From: Lama guanicoe
Taxonomy: Eukaryota
NCBI GenBank assembly: GCA_013239625.1
Contig: MU053934.1
Location: 2,238,658 to 2,302,657, forward strand
Direction of reading: 5' to 3'
DNA: 64,000 nt
Under the pieces are notes generated by a model, which saw nothing but the letters and a program-made list of their open reading frames with translations, did no database searches and was not told the DNA's origin. The first letter of the stretch is position 1; each line of letters opens with the position of its first letter. The position numbers and the translations under genes were made by a program. This document shows, one piece after another, positions 48,988-61,260 of this stretch.

Positions 48988-50294
48988 GTGGGTCAACACA
49001 CTTTGATATTGTAATAATGTGAAGGAAAAGGCCAGCTGGGCTACCAAGCTAAGTCACAAATCTAAGTGCAACAATTGTCGGATTACTGATCTGAGTTATG
49101 CTGAGCTAACTCGTAAATCTAAATTAATAAGTGTCGGTTTGCTGATTCCCTGTTCATGTTTTGCTAGCCAGCTGGATTTTCAAAGAGACATATCTGGCCT
49201 TGAAATGTTGATTTGCTGCCTCACTGCCTCTACTTTTGTGATAATGATGTTGCTAAAGCTATTGCATGCCTATTGGCCGAATACCCCAAGCTTGTACTTA
49301 ACCCTATAAAACCTCTAGTGCACATCTTGGAGGTGCCTAGGGCTTAGGAGCAGAAGCCCCTCTGAGCCCGCCGGCGTAATAAATCTGAGTACTCCAACCC
49401 TCCAAGTGGTGCTTGTTTCTTGGCTGGCCTGTGATTTCCGTAACAATAATTGCTTTTACCAAATCATATTCTAACGTTTGTCCATTCTCACCTTTATGTA
49501 AACACACAAGAAATGTATAATCAAAACCCAGGCTTTCTGTGTTTGTCATTTTACTGCTACTGCAAAGCAAAATATCCAAAAGCACAGAAGACTAAATTCT
49601 CAATGCCAGTCACCGCCTTATCTATGGAACTTAGCTTGATTGCCTTGAAGCTGCTTTGCCAGCAGGAATCTGCTACAGTCTCCTCGCCATAAAACGCAGA
49701 GACATGCTTTGCTCACTTTGCTTAGTTCAAGGTCATAGATCCAGGGCTGCTTGTGCTTATGGAAAGCCATAGCTCGTCCCGTGTCCTGACCGGCAGGACA
49801 TGCTTCGCTTCGCTTACCAGGCGCAGGTAAGCGTGCGACGCTCCTGCTCACGGAAGACTGTGACTCAGCCCTTAGCTGCGGACAGCTGCGCGGCTTTGCG
49901 TGCTTAGACGATTTCTGATCCTTCTATGGAGGCTCTGTGCTGGTCTGGGCTTTCTCTATCAATTGTTCAGAACACTGTAAACTTGTTCATGATTATCTGA
50001 AGCTGAAAATAATCGTTTGTACTATCAATATTGTAACCTTCTGTCTAAATTCAAATTAAGATTATAATGTTTCTGTTTTTGACAAACTGAAACTGCTGAG
50101 CTGCACCCCCGCATGTACACCATGCCCCTTACTCATTCCTAGGACGTATTTCACTTTGACTCTGTTTGACTATTCTCAATAAATACAAGCGCTTTGGAGG
50201 AGCTCGGAAGTCAGTCTCCCGCTCCCTCTCACTCGCTTGACCTGATAAAGTCTTGAGTAATTTCATTCTTCCACGGTGGGACTTCTGCTGGACA
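48988..50294 (+). mobile_element. Probable long solo LTR interrupted by the 49018-49445 LTR (left boundary uncertain)
   Basis: Absent from the related sequence near 19480-19510; R/U5-like end ...ctgctggaca; possible TSD AAAC. Confidence 0.5.
49018..49445 (+). mobile_element. ERV1 solo LTR (same family as 1267-1688)
   Basis: TG...CA ends, TSD ATAA (49014-49017 / 49446-49449), TATAAAA near 49305, AATAAA near 49378. Confidence 0.9.
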
Positions 50295-50834
50295 AAACCC
50301 ACGATAAACAGAACTCACAGGGGAGAACAGATGCCTCTGAGCATAGACACAGAGGAGCTCAGGGGTCCAATATGCTGTGGCCACGCCGGCTGTCCTGCAG
50401 CAGGTCAGCCCCTGTGTCCCTCAGAGCTGCATGCAACGTCCCACCAGCTCACTTTAAACTTCAGGCAGAAATCAGGGAAGCAGGGGGAGCAGGAAAGCCT
50501 AGTTGGCCTCCCGGGCTGGTATATGACCTGCATTTGGGTACCCAGGACACAGCTTCCTAAATGCCCTCAGCACAGAAGAGCTGCGAGGGGCCCGAGTCGG
50601 GGGGCAGTCTGGGCCAGGTGGGCTTCCAGGTTGCTGTCAAGTTCCAGGGCTTGGATTTAGACCAGTGGAGAGCCAGCTGCTTAACCCGTGCCACCTCCGA
50701 CACCCGCAACACCCCCACCAACCCCCACCACCACGGAGGCCTGGAGCAAGGCCTCAGTCGGGGTGCGGCCAGAAGCCGGGGCGTAATTATGACCACTTGT
50801 TCACTTCCTTGATGATCAAGGGCCTGCCTGTCTC

Positions 50835-50853
50835 CCTTTCTTTTCTTTTCTTT

Positions 50854-50887
<34 letters not shown>

Positions 50888-51010
50888 TTCCTTCCTTCCT
50901 TCCTTTCTTTCTTTCTTTCTTTTCTTTCTTTCTTTCTCTTTCTTTCTTTCTTTTCTTTCCTTTCCTTTCTTTTTCTTTCTTACCTCTCTTCCCTGCCTTC
51001 CTTCCTTCTT
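50835..51010. repeat. (TTTC)n/(TTCC)n microsatellite
   Basis: Seen directly. Confidence 0.95.
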
Positions 51011-53542
51011 AAATTATTTGTTTTTAAAAATCTGTCACCTTGGTTTTTTTCTATGGCACTTTCTGAGCATTTGAGAAACACAGTAGGGAGGCGAGTGTAA
51101 CAGGCCCCATGCACCCATCACACGGGCAGTCTTGGCTCTTGGTTAATCAGATCTCCCTGCTTCCCTAACTGTGTTACCTGAAGCAAATCTCAGAGATCTT
51201 TTTGATTCTTCTGTAGATGCTTCACTACATCCCACTGTTTTAAAAAGGCCTTTGTAGATGTCTAAGCGGACTGTCCCGTATTGTTGCATATGTAGGTTGT
51301 TAGTTTGTTTGTTATAAATAACCCTGCAGTGAACATATTTGTGCATGAGGCTTTCCCCCATCTTTAGGGCTGTTTCCCTGGGGTGGGCCCCACAGGTGAC
51401 ATTATTGGGGCAAAGAGAACGAGGGCATACAGACTCCCTGTATCTGACTCCCACCCCTGGTTCTCCCTAGGCTGACTTTGCCATTGAGACCTCGGCCAAG
51501 GCCACCTACGAGCGCATGTTCCGCTGGCTGGTGCTGCGCATCAACAAGGCTCTGGACAAGACCAAGAGGAAGGGCGCCTCCTTCATTGGGATCCTGGACG
51601 TCACCAGCTTCGAGATCTTCGATGTAAGTGCTTCCTTTCTGCCCTCTTCCATCTCCTTAGCCTCCGGGCTGCCTTCTCCTTGGGCCCGGAAGCCTCTTTC
51701 CCGAGGTCCCAGATAATCCCAGCCAGTCATCTCCTTCCCTACGTGGAGACAGGAGATACCAGTTGGGTGTGTTGTAAGCTAAAACCAGATGCCCTTTCCC
51801 AACCAGAAATGCTGGTGGGAATAGGACCTTCTAGATGGTGCTCCAGGAGGCCACACGGGCAGGGGCTTTCTGTTGATTTATTGATTACTTATTCTCAGAA
51901 ATTTATTTTGAGTGTTGGGACAAGACATGGTCCTTGCCCATAAAGGCTTTGAGGTCAGGTAAGAAAAACTGATCCTTACAGATCAGAGGTTCTTAACCTG
52001 GGGTCCATGGCCGATTTCAGAGGAACCATGAACTTGGGTGGAGAAAATCACCTCTTTATTTTTGTATAAATATTTAAAAATATGTATAGATATATTTATG
52101 TTTTTATAAATATTTATATATTAAGTATATAACATATATTTATGTTATACATTTATATAAATTTTTAAAATAAATATTAAAAAATAGCTTTTCACTAAAC
52201 TGTCATTGAAATGACACAGTGTTTCCATCAGTGGCCTGAGCAGCGCACACAGACCACAGGTGTGTTTGCAGTGCTCGTGACCCATCTGCAGTAGAAACCA
52301 GACGTGTTCACGTCAGAGCAGTCGTTGCAAAGATGTTGTCACATCATTTACATTAATTTCTACCTCGAATTTCTGGAAGTTATTAAGCCCACGGCTTGTG
52401 CTTGGTCATAAAGAAGCAGGATGTGTCCATCTGTCATAAGATTTTGATAATTACATTTCAACATAACTGCTTTCTTTTGGAATCGACTTTATGCATTTTA
52501 AAGCGTAATTCTGCTATAAGGGGCTTCAGCCGACCCTTGGACGGCCCTCGGGCCCCAGGAGGGGGGGCCCCTGCTGCTGGGCGGGGGAGGGGAGGCCCAC
52601 AGGGGCGGCTCTGAGCGGCCCGCGGTGCTTCCAGGCCCCGCCCCTTCCCTCCCGAGGGCGGGGCGGCCGTCTCTCTGACGTCCTTTCCCTCCCGCAGCTG
52701 AACTCCTTGGAACAGCTCTGCATCAGCTGCACCAACGGGAAGCTGCAGCAGCTCTTCAACCACCCGATGTTCGTCCTGCAGCAGGAGGAGAACCAGCGCG
52801 AGGGCATCGAGTGGAGCTTCATCAGCTTCGGCCTGGACCTGCAGCCCTGCACCGAGCTCATCGAGAAGCCGGTAAGCGCCGGGCCTGCGGGGCCTCACGC
52901 GGGCCTGCCCTCTGCCCCTCTGGGGACCACCCTCTCCTCACCCCCAGCCCCTGTGGCTTGTAGGGATCTAGTTCCTCTCCCTGTCGGTGCCACCTGGAGG
53001 AATAAGCCGGAGGGGTTAGATCTGGTGTCCGGGAGCCTCGCCCAGCTGCCGACCAGGTGGGGATGCGGCTGGTGACCGGGTGGCCTGTCTCCGCAGCTCC
53101 CGGAGGGGTGGGCTCAGCCAGCCCTTCTGCGTCTGACACAAGCAGGAATGCTTTACTGGGGAGAGCCTCTCCCCGATGCCTGCGCTGCAGCACAGACTCG
53201 TGCCGCCCCCGGGGTCGAGTGCTGCTTCCGAAGCTCGGCCACCCTCCCTCAGGACCAACACTCCTGTGGCCTCAGCTGTGGGAGGGAGGGTGATGGTAGC
53301 TCAGAAGCCCTTACTCTTTTCTATCAGTTAACATTCAAATCTCTGGTCAGGGGCAGTTTGAGTCACTTGTTTGTGCTTTAGGGTGGGGGGAGGGGGAGGT
53401 CTATAACGGAGTCCGGGCTGGTTCTGCTTCTGGGTTAGCTCTTGTTTAAAGGCACTAAACTCACATCTTGCCAGAATCCTGAGCTGCTTAAGGCTGTGTA
53501 CACCAGAGACACACTGAAATGTTAATTAATCAAAAGGTCTAT

Positions 53543-53692
53543 GGGGGGAGGGTATAGCTCAAGTGGTAGAGCACATGCTTAGCATGCGTGAGGTCCAGGG
53601 TTCAATCCCCAGTACCTCCATTAAAAATAAATAAACTGAATTACCTCCCCCTGCCAAAAAAAAAAATAAATAAACAAAGTAAGTAAAAAAAA
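53543..53692 (+). mobile_element. tRNA-Ala-derived SINE (Vic-1-like, camelid)
   Basis: GGGGAGGGTATAGCTCAAGTGGTAGAGC...GGTTCAATCCCCAGTACCTCCA followed by body and A-tail; TSD aaaaggtcta / aaaaggccta. Confidence 0.85.
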
Positions 53693-55047
53693 AAAAGGCC
53701 TAGGACATTTGCGCATTTTGAAAGTATTACCTGAGGTGGGGTAGGGTGGGGGTGGAACTATCCACAGTCCTAACACAAACTGATGTACTTTTGTGAAGAG
53801 GTTTTGTTTGTTTGTTTGTTTTTTTTTTTAGTTTAAATCAGTTGCATTTTCCAATGAACAAGAATCCACCTGGTTTCCACACTGGTCAGCCAGTCCCCAC
53901 AGTGTCTGAGTCAGCTCTCTCATAAACTCAGTGTACAGAAGGCTCTTGGGGGTCTGGGGCACTTTCTCTTCCTTGAGAGGCTTGTCCTAAATGTCGCCTC
54001 TCACCACATAGCTGTGAAGACACAGAGCGTGTGGGGTGGGGTGCCCCAGAGCGACTTCTGGGGCCCGGGTACCTGTTGAGGGCAGCCTCCAGGACGTGGG
54101 TCAGGGGTCTGCATGGCCGTCAAGCCCACTAGTGCACTAATTGGAGAACCTTGTGATGGATCATTGGGTTGAGGTGGGGGGGCCATAGCCTAGACCCCAG
54201 AAGTTTATTTTTAAACAAGAATTCTTAAATTGAGTGCTTTCAGTAATGTTCCTTATTTTTTTCTCCTGTGGGGGAAGCACCGCCCACCTTCTGGAGAGAT
54301 TCTGGAGTTTCCGAAAACCAGGCTTTGGCTTCTTTCCCAGGTGAGGATGGGTGGTTCCTACAGTGAGCTCACCTGTGCGATGCTGTGCTTCCTCCAGGCA
54401 GGCCCCCCTGGCATCCTGGCCCTGCTGGACAAGGAGTGCTGGTTCCCCAAAGCTAGCTTCCCCAAAGAGCTTCGTGGAGAAAGTGATGCAGAAGGAGGGC
54501 ACCCACTCCCAAGTTCCAGAAGCCCAAGCAGCTGAAGGACAAAGTTTATTTCTGCATCATCCACTATGCAGGCAAGGTGAGGAGAGCGCACACCGATGAA
54601 GGTGCCGGCCGGACCATCTCCAGAGACATAGAGATGATATTAAGACCATGGTGGGGGCAGGGGCCCAGTATTCTGGTCCTGTGACTCAGATAATGTTCCT
54701 GGAGGGGATATCCAGCATTCACGTGACTCCACCACCTTGCAAAGTGTGTCACCATTTACATTTTGTTAGAAACTTGCAGCAATTGGTAGGATACTCAGGC
54801 TGGTCTCATGTGTACTACTATTAGGGGAATTTTGCAGGTGGGGAGGTGAGATCTGTGCTAAAGGCAGGGCCTCTGGAGTCTGAATTAGAGCTCCGCTACT
54901 GTGTGACTTTGGGTGGTTTCCTTAACCTCTCTGAGCCTTGGTTGCCTCGTCTGGAAAATGAGGGTGACCACTGCTGTATGGGGTAAGGTCTGTTAAAGGA
55001 GCTTGTGAAACCCAGGCTGCGCAGTCAGTGCTGTGGGGTGGGGCCTC

Positions 55048-55250
55048 CCAGTCTCCAACTGCAGACAGGGGCCAGGTCAGTCTTTATTGTGAGACATTGT
55101 CCTGAGCTTTGTAGGATGTTTAGCAGCATCCCTCCCTTCTCCCCACTGGGGGTCAGTAGCGCCCTGCCTCCTTGGAACAACCAGGAACATCAGATATCCC
55201 CAAACATCTGTGGGTTGGGGTGCCAGACAGTCCTCTGGGTGAGAGCCACA
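55048..55250 (+). mobile_element. MER20-like hAT-Charlie remnant
   Basis: Motif tgtaggatgtttagcagcatccct. Confidence 0.55.
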
Positions 55251-55959
55251 AAAGACAAAAGCCTGCAGGAGCAAGGCCTGGACTGTCAGGTTGGAGGTCA
55301 GCTGTGGCCTTCGACCCACAGGGCCTTTGCCAAATGGCAGCAGCAGCTGATGGCCATGAAGGTCCTGCAGAGGAACTGTGCCGCCTACCTCAAGCTGCGG
55401 AACTGGCAGTGGTGGCGGCTCTTCACCGAGGTGGGTCTGGAGGGGCCTCCATGTGGCCGAGGGGACCAGCGGGCCTCCCGTGGCCTCCTGGGGGCTCAGG
55501 CCCCGGGAAGGGCACTTTGCCTTCATGGCCCGTGCCCTGTACCTGAGCCCGGGATGGTCCTGCCCTGTGGGGTCTGGCGAGGCGTGAGCCGGGGCATCTG
55601 TACGGGGTGGAGGCCAGGGCCACTGTCGGGCTGGGCCAGAGCGGCTCCAGGAGCAGCTCCGGGAGGTCCAGGCCGCGCCCCTCCAGACCCCACATGGTGA
55701 GGCCACTGCCCGCCCGGAAACCAGAGGTCAGTGAGTCAGAATCTGCACAGGGCTGGTCCTCCCTAGTGTTTAAAAAAAAAAACTCTTTATTATTTTAAGA
55801 TTGGTCAGCCTGCTTTTGTTGCCAATAGATAATTTGTGGTAACTGTGATAAGTTAGACTTTAAAAAACCTTTCTTTTCTCTCTCTTCCTGTAATAGTAAA
55901 ATTTCAAGTCCTTCTCGCTGCCTAGGAGGGGAGCAGCAGGAGGTGATGGGAGAAGTAGG

Positions 55960-56322
55960 TGGGGGTATCAGGGCAGGGCTCGGGGGCTACTTCCTGCCCC
56001 TCAGGCCACCCTCCCCTGGAGGCTCTTGGGGAGCCCTTCCTTGCCTGTCCCAGCTTGTGGTGGCTTCAGGTGTTTTCTGGCTTGTGGCTGCATCATCCAA
56101 TCTCTGCCTCCGTCTTGCCGTGGCCGTCTCCCCTACTCCCTGTTATCTTTCTGTGCATCTCTCGTAAGGACACTGGTTTGATCTAGGGCCCACCCAGATG
56201 GTCCATGGTTATCTCATCTCAAGATGTTTACCTTAAAGGATTTGCAAAGACCCTTCTCCACATGAGGACCATTCACTGGTTGCAGAGATCAGGTCATAGA
56301 CATATCTTTTGAGGGGGCCACC
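55960..56322 (-). mobile_element. MLT1-like MaLR remnant
   Basis: Motifs ggcttgtggctgcatcatccaatctctgcctcc and tagggcccaccc. Confidence 0.55.
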
Positions 56323-58952
56323 TAAATGGACACTATAGGACAGAACAAATATCAGTTCTCCCCATTAAGATCCTGTGGCTTGACTGTTCACCGCAGGGGG
56401 AAGGGCTGGACCAGGTCCCCACCTCTGCCCATGGCAGGGTGGGTGCAGTCACCAGGGTTACCTGACGCACCCACCACACATGAGCCTGAAAGCCCAGAGG
56501 CTACTGATTCCAAAGTTCCTTGTGGAAGGGAGGGGCTCTCGCCCCTTCTCCAACCATCCTCGTGCTGTCTGTAGAGCCTAAAGTGTGCTAATGCCCCCTC
56601 CTGCCCCGGCCTCTCCCCCATGACTGCTGGGCATCCCCCCTTCACTGCTGGTCCCTGAGACGGACTGTCACCCTGCCCCCAGAATGTCCTCACCTTCCCT
56701 ACTTGCATCCACTGGGCTGTCAACTGTCCCACTGGTCTTTGGTGGCATTAGAGACCTCCTCATCCCTAATTCTGCCCAATTGCTTATTTTTCCAAATAAC
56801 TTCAGATCTTGCACCCAGGCTATGGTTGTAACTATGTTTCCTGATTCTGGCCCCCTTAGGGTGATAGAGCCCCTGGTGAAACTCTCAGAGGGGCACCACT
56901 GAGGGATAAAGAAATGTGAGAGGGAGAGAGATCACATCTGATGGCATGTCCCAGCATCTCCCTGCTACACGCCCACAATGGGCGTTTAGACAGAGGGTGG
57001 GGTGGGGGCCTGGCTAACGGATATTACTCCCTGATCATGTGATTGTTGAGCAAATAAAAAGGTTTTAGTTTCCTATTAAGTTTCTTTTAAAATTTTGCAG
57101 TGGAAATTGATCTAGAGAGAGGAGCGGAAAAAGATGGTACTTCCTCTGTATTTTTTGAAATAATTTTTAAACAGCGATTTTGTATTTTTCCCCCCAAAGA
57201 TGCTGTGGCTTTTCTGGATTGATGACTATAGAAGAGACCAATAATTGTCCCCAAATTTTTATCCTTTCCTCCTTTTTTAAAAAACTATTTTTTTTTACTT
57301 TTTTCTTATTTTGGTAAAATATACATAGCATAAAATTGACCATTTAAACCATTTCTATTGTCTTCATTTTTTTTTTTAATAGAGAAGCTGCTGTTAGCTG
57401 GGCACATGGGAGCCCAGCCTCCCTTGTAGCTCCATGTAGCCTCATTACTACAGTGATGGAAGGCGAGGGGAATGATGTGTACACCTTCTGGGTCATTCCC
57501 TTGAAGGGAAATTCCTGCGCTCTGTGTCCTCCTTTTGGGCTGGAATGTCTGGGTAAGTACCAGTCTCCATGTAGAACAGAGCAACCTCTGGTGATGATGT
57601 CAGAGCAGCAACAGATTAGATTTCTGGTCAACCTTTGGCAGCAAAGCCAAACTGCCTAGCAACTGGGGCTTTCATGTCTGAAATAAATAAATCTGTGCTG
57701 TTTGAGTCAACATGTTAATGTTTTGTGAGCTTGTTGTCACAGCAGCTCAGCATCTACATCCTAACTAATACAACGACCATCTCTGGGTTTCATCCCCTCC
57801 CTTGACTGTGAGTCATCTCATCCTTTCAGAACTTGGTCTCTCTGCTCAGCCCCTGTGGGTTGACCATGGCTTGATTGACTGTGGCTTTGACGTTGACGTC
57901 TCCCTGGATCCTGCCTCTGAGCCCCCATCTCTCCAGGGATCCGTACACTGTGGCCTGTGAATGAGTGGCCTCTTCAGGCTTCCAAGGCTCAGTTCCCAGA
58001 CTGGCCCAGCTCAGCTGTTGTATCAGAAAACCTCAAGGACCAACCCCCGACCCTCATTCCCATCCCTCTGCCTACCTGTTAGCACCCACATGTTCCCAGT
58101 GGAATAGACAGACAGGGGTAGGAGTGAAGCAGCCATAGGCTGGGGCAAGAGGGCGGGGGACCTGGGACTAACTGCTAATAGGTATAGGGGTTCTTTTGGG
58201 GGTGATGGAAATGTTCTGGAATTAGGTAGTGGTGATGTTTGCACAACACAGTGAATATACTAAAAACTACTTTTAAATGGTGACTGTTATGTTACGTGAC
58301 TTACATCTCAGTTTTCTTAAATGCTGCTTTTTAAGAAGCCATAGAGAGAGAGAGATGGGGAAAGACATCCTGGAAAGGGACCGGGAGGGGCTTACGCCTG
58401 GTCGGATAGAAGAAGGACAGGGCAGAGGGGAGGAAGCAGTGACCAGGTCTCCTGCTGCAGTAAGCAAAGTGACAAGTGCCGGGGGTCATACCAGGAGCTG
58501 CTGGTTCCCAGAGGTGAATCACATTCGGGGGCTCTGGCGGGGTCCCCAGCTTGGTGGAAGGAGGAGATGCCCTCTTTCTGAGTCTAGGAGCTCTCGACCA
58601 CAAACAGGAATGAAAGAGACACACAGGCCTGTGGATGGGCGTCAAGGGCAGTTTGCTTAGTGAAGTTTTAAAAGGCCAGTCTTCAAGGGTTACATACTGT
58701 GTGATTCCACTTATAAAATATTCTCAAAATAGCCAACGTTTAGGAATGGAGAACCTTTCAGGGGTTGCCAGGGTTTAGGGAAGCCACGGGAAAGTAAGAC
58801 CCTAAGGGGTAGCACAGGGAGTTCCTTCGCAGTGACAGAACAGTCTGTATGTGGATTGTCGTGATGGCTAAATGAATCTGCACATGTGATAAGACGTCAG
58901 AGGACTGTCCCAATGACATAAAAATGCGTGCATGTAACACTGGTGAAAGTCG

Positions 58953-59239
58953 GGGGGTGGAAAGGGACAGACTGGGAGTTCAAAATCTGCAGATACTGAC
59001 AGGCATATGCAGAATAGATAAACAAGATTATACCGGATAGCACAGGGAAATATATACAAGATCTTGTGGTAGCTCACAGCGAAAAAAGAATGTGACAATG
59101 AATATATGTATGTTCATGTATAACCGAAAAATTGGGCTCTACGCTGGAATTTGACACAACATTGTAAAATGACTATAACTCAGTAAAAAAAAGTTTTAAA
59201 AAATTAAAAAATAAATTCATGAACTATGGAAAAAAAAAT
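58953..59239 (+). mobile_element. Young-looking 5'-truncated L1 3' end
   Basis: A-rich tail; TSD actggtgaaagtcg (58939-58952) / actgctgaaagttg (59240-59253). Confidence 0.75.
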
Positions 59240-60319
59240 ACTGCTGAAAGTTGAGGAAGGTCTATAGCCTGGCTGGTTCTATTTTGAAAGCCACTGTCAT
59301 GTAAGATGTCACCATGGCATGGGAACTGGGCGAGGGGTACACAGGACCTCTCTCTACTATTTTTTGTCTTGTGAGCCTATAATAATTTTTTCTTTGAGTC
59401 TCTGATTCAAGAGCTGAACGGTGGAGGGGAGGATCAGCACATAAAAGAAGGGAAGGCATGGCCAGCTTTGTGACCTTGGAAAATAACTGAATTCTCTAAG
59501 TCTGCTTTCTTGTCTGTGCACAGATACAATGAGAACAGCAGACAGCTCGATCGTGCTTTCAAAGGAGAAAGGAGATAATGCAGACCGAGAGTGCCCAGAA
59601 TATAGGGATTCCTGCTTATTGAGCACCTGCTGTATGCTAAGCCCTACCCCTACCTTGTCTCAGTCATCTTCCCAGTAACACTGTCAGCTCCAGACTCTTT
59701 CTACAAGCAGGAAACTGAGTCACAGCAAAAACCTGGGGGAGGTGATTTCAGGGAGGGCTGCATGATGCCAAATTCTCTCCCCAGCTCACGGAAGAGAGGG
59801 GGACATGGACATAGCAGAATGGGGCCCACAGCCCTCTGCGCAGGGAGATCTCAGGCAGTTTTCCTTGGAGGTGGGAGCAGTTTCAGGAGCAAGCTGACCC
59901 TTGGTCCCAGTTGCAATGGGTCCTGGGGGCTCAGCCAGACCTGGCTCCTGGTGGCCACTAGGGACTCACAGGCCAAGTGGAATTTGGGGAACAAATTCTA
60001 GTGGTATTTGAAGTTTTGTGACACATCTCAGGCTGACAGGGAGAATTTAGGGAAGAAAATTCCATTTTTTGAATACTTGAGGGTTTCAGAATTTCTCTCC
60101 CTCTGGGAAATGGCATAGTCCAGACAACAGACCAGCCCAGCTTCCCTACTTTTGGGGCAGGTCTGAGCCTAGTTTTCTCCGGGGAAATGGGGACAGTAAA
60201 TGTTTTCATCACCTGGCTGTTGTAGCAAATAAGATACTGTGTATGAAGACGCTTTGCAAATGGTAAAGTGTTCAGATGCTGTTATATTTTTCCTCAAACG
60301 CTGGGCTTTTGGAGGATTT

Positions 60320-61260
60320 ATTTTAAATTCTAAAAATTGTTATAAAATATACATAATGTACAATTTCCCCTAGCAGCCATTTTTCAGTGTCCAGTTCAGT
60401 GGCATTAGGGATATTCACTTTGTGGTACACCCAGCACCGCGGTCCAATCACAGAATGTTTACATCTTGCAAAACTGAAACTCTGTCCCCATGAAACACTA
60501 ACTCCCCACTCTTCCTCCCCTCCACCCCTGGCCAGCACCACTGCCCTCCCTGTCTTCTTGAATTTTACTTCCCAGAACCTTCTATGAGTGTAATTGTGCA
60601 CTATTTGTCCTTTTGTGCTTGGCTTTTTTGTTGTTTTTTTTTTGCTATGGTAAAATATACATAACATAAAATATACCATCTTTATCATTTTGAAGTACAG
60701 AGTTGAGTGGTATTAAATACATTCAGAATGTTGTGAAACCATCACCACCATCCAGGTCCATAGCTCTTCCATCTTGTAATGACTGAAAAATCATACTCAT
60801 CAAACACTAACTCCCGCCTCCCCCAGCGCCTGGCACCCACCGTTCTACTGTTTGTCTCTGGGAATCTGACTGCTCTACATGCCTCATGTGAGTAGAATCA
60901 CACGATATTAATCTTCTTGTGACTGGCTTATATCACTTAGCATAATGTCCCAAATTTCAACCGTGTTATAGCATATGTTGGAATTTGTTCTTTTTAAAAG
61001 TGAGTAATATTCCATTGTACATGTAGACCACATTTTTCTTGTCCTTTCATCCACTGATGGAAGCTTGGGTTGCTTCTACCCTTTGGCCATTGTGAATAAT
61101 GCTGCCATGAACACGAATGTACAAAATTCTCCTCGAGATTCTGCTTTCATATTTTTTGGGTCTCAACTTAGAAGAGGAATTGCTGGATCACATGGCAGTT
61201 CTGTATTTAATTGTTTGAGGCGCTGTCGTGCTGTTGGCCACCGAGGCTGGATGCTGTTAT
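60320..61260 (-). mobile_element. Old L1 3' fragment (part of the duplicated module)
   Basis: Reverse complement of the L1 at about 15345-16600 and 37470-38430. Confidence 0.7.

Larger units (their letters stand above)
51471..55430 (+). pseudogene. MYH9: Unprocessed partial duplicate of MYH9 (non-muscle myosin IIA heavy chain): exons 51471-51623, 52698-52871, 54398-54576, 55322-55430
   Basis: AG/GT-bounded exons encode [76 protein letters not shown]...IEKP, AGPPGILALLDKECWFPKA (frameshifted, TGA at 54533) and [36 protein letters not shown]. No other myosin exons are visible. Confidence 0.92.

Noticed and set aside
53543..53620. tRNA-Ala gene
   Set aside because: Followed by a SINE body, A-tail and TSD, so it is a SINE head.
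54398..55430. In-frame mini-myosin, since the +5 nt restores phase to the neck exon
   Set aside because: The shifted frame hits TGA at 54533-54535 before the donor.
55005..55706. 231-aa and 209-aa ORFs
   Set aside because: GC-rich intron and MER20 read-through around one 109-nt MYH9 exon.
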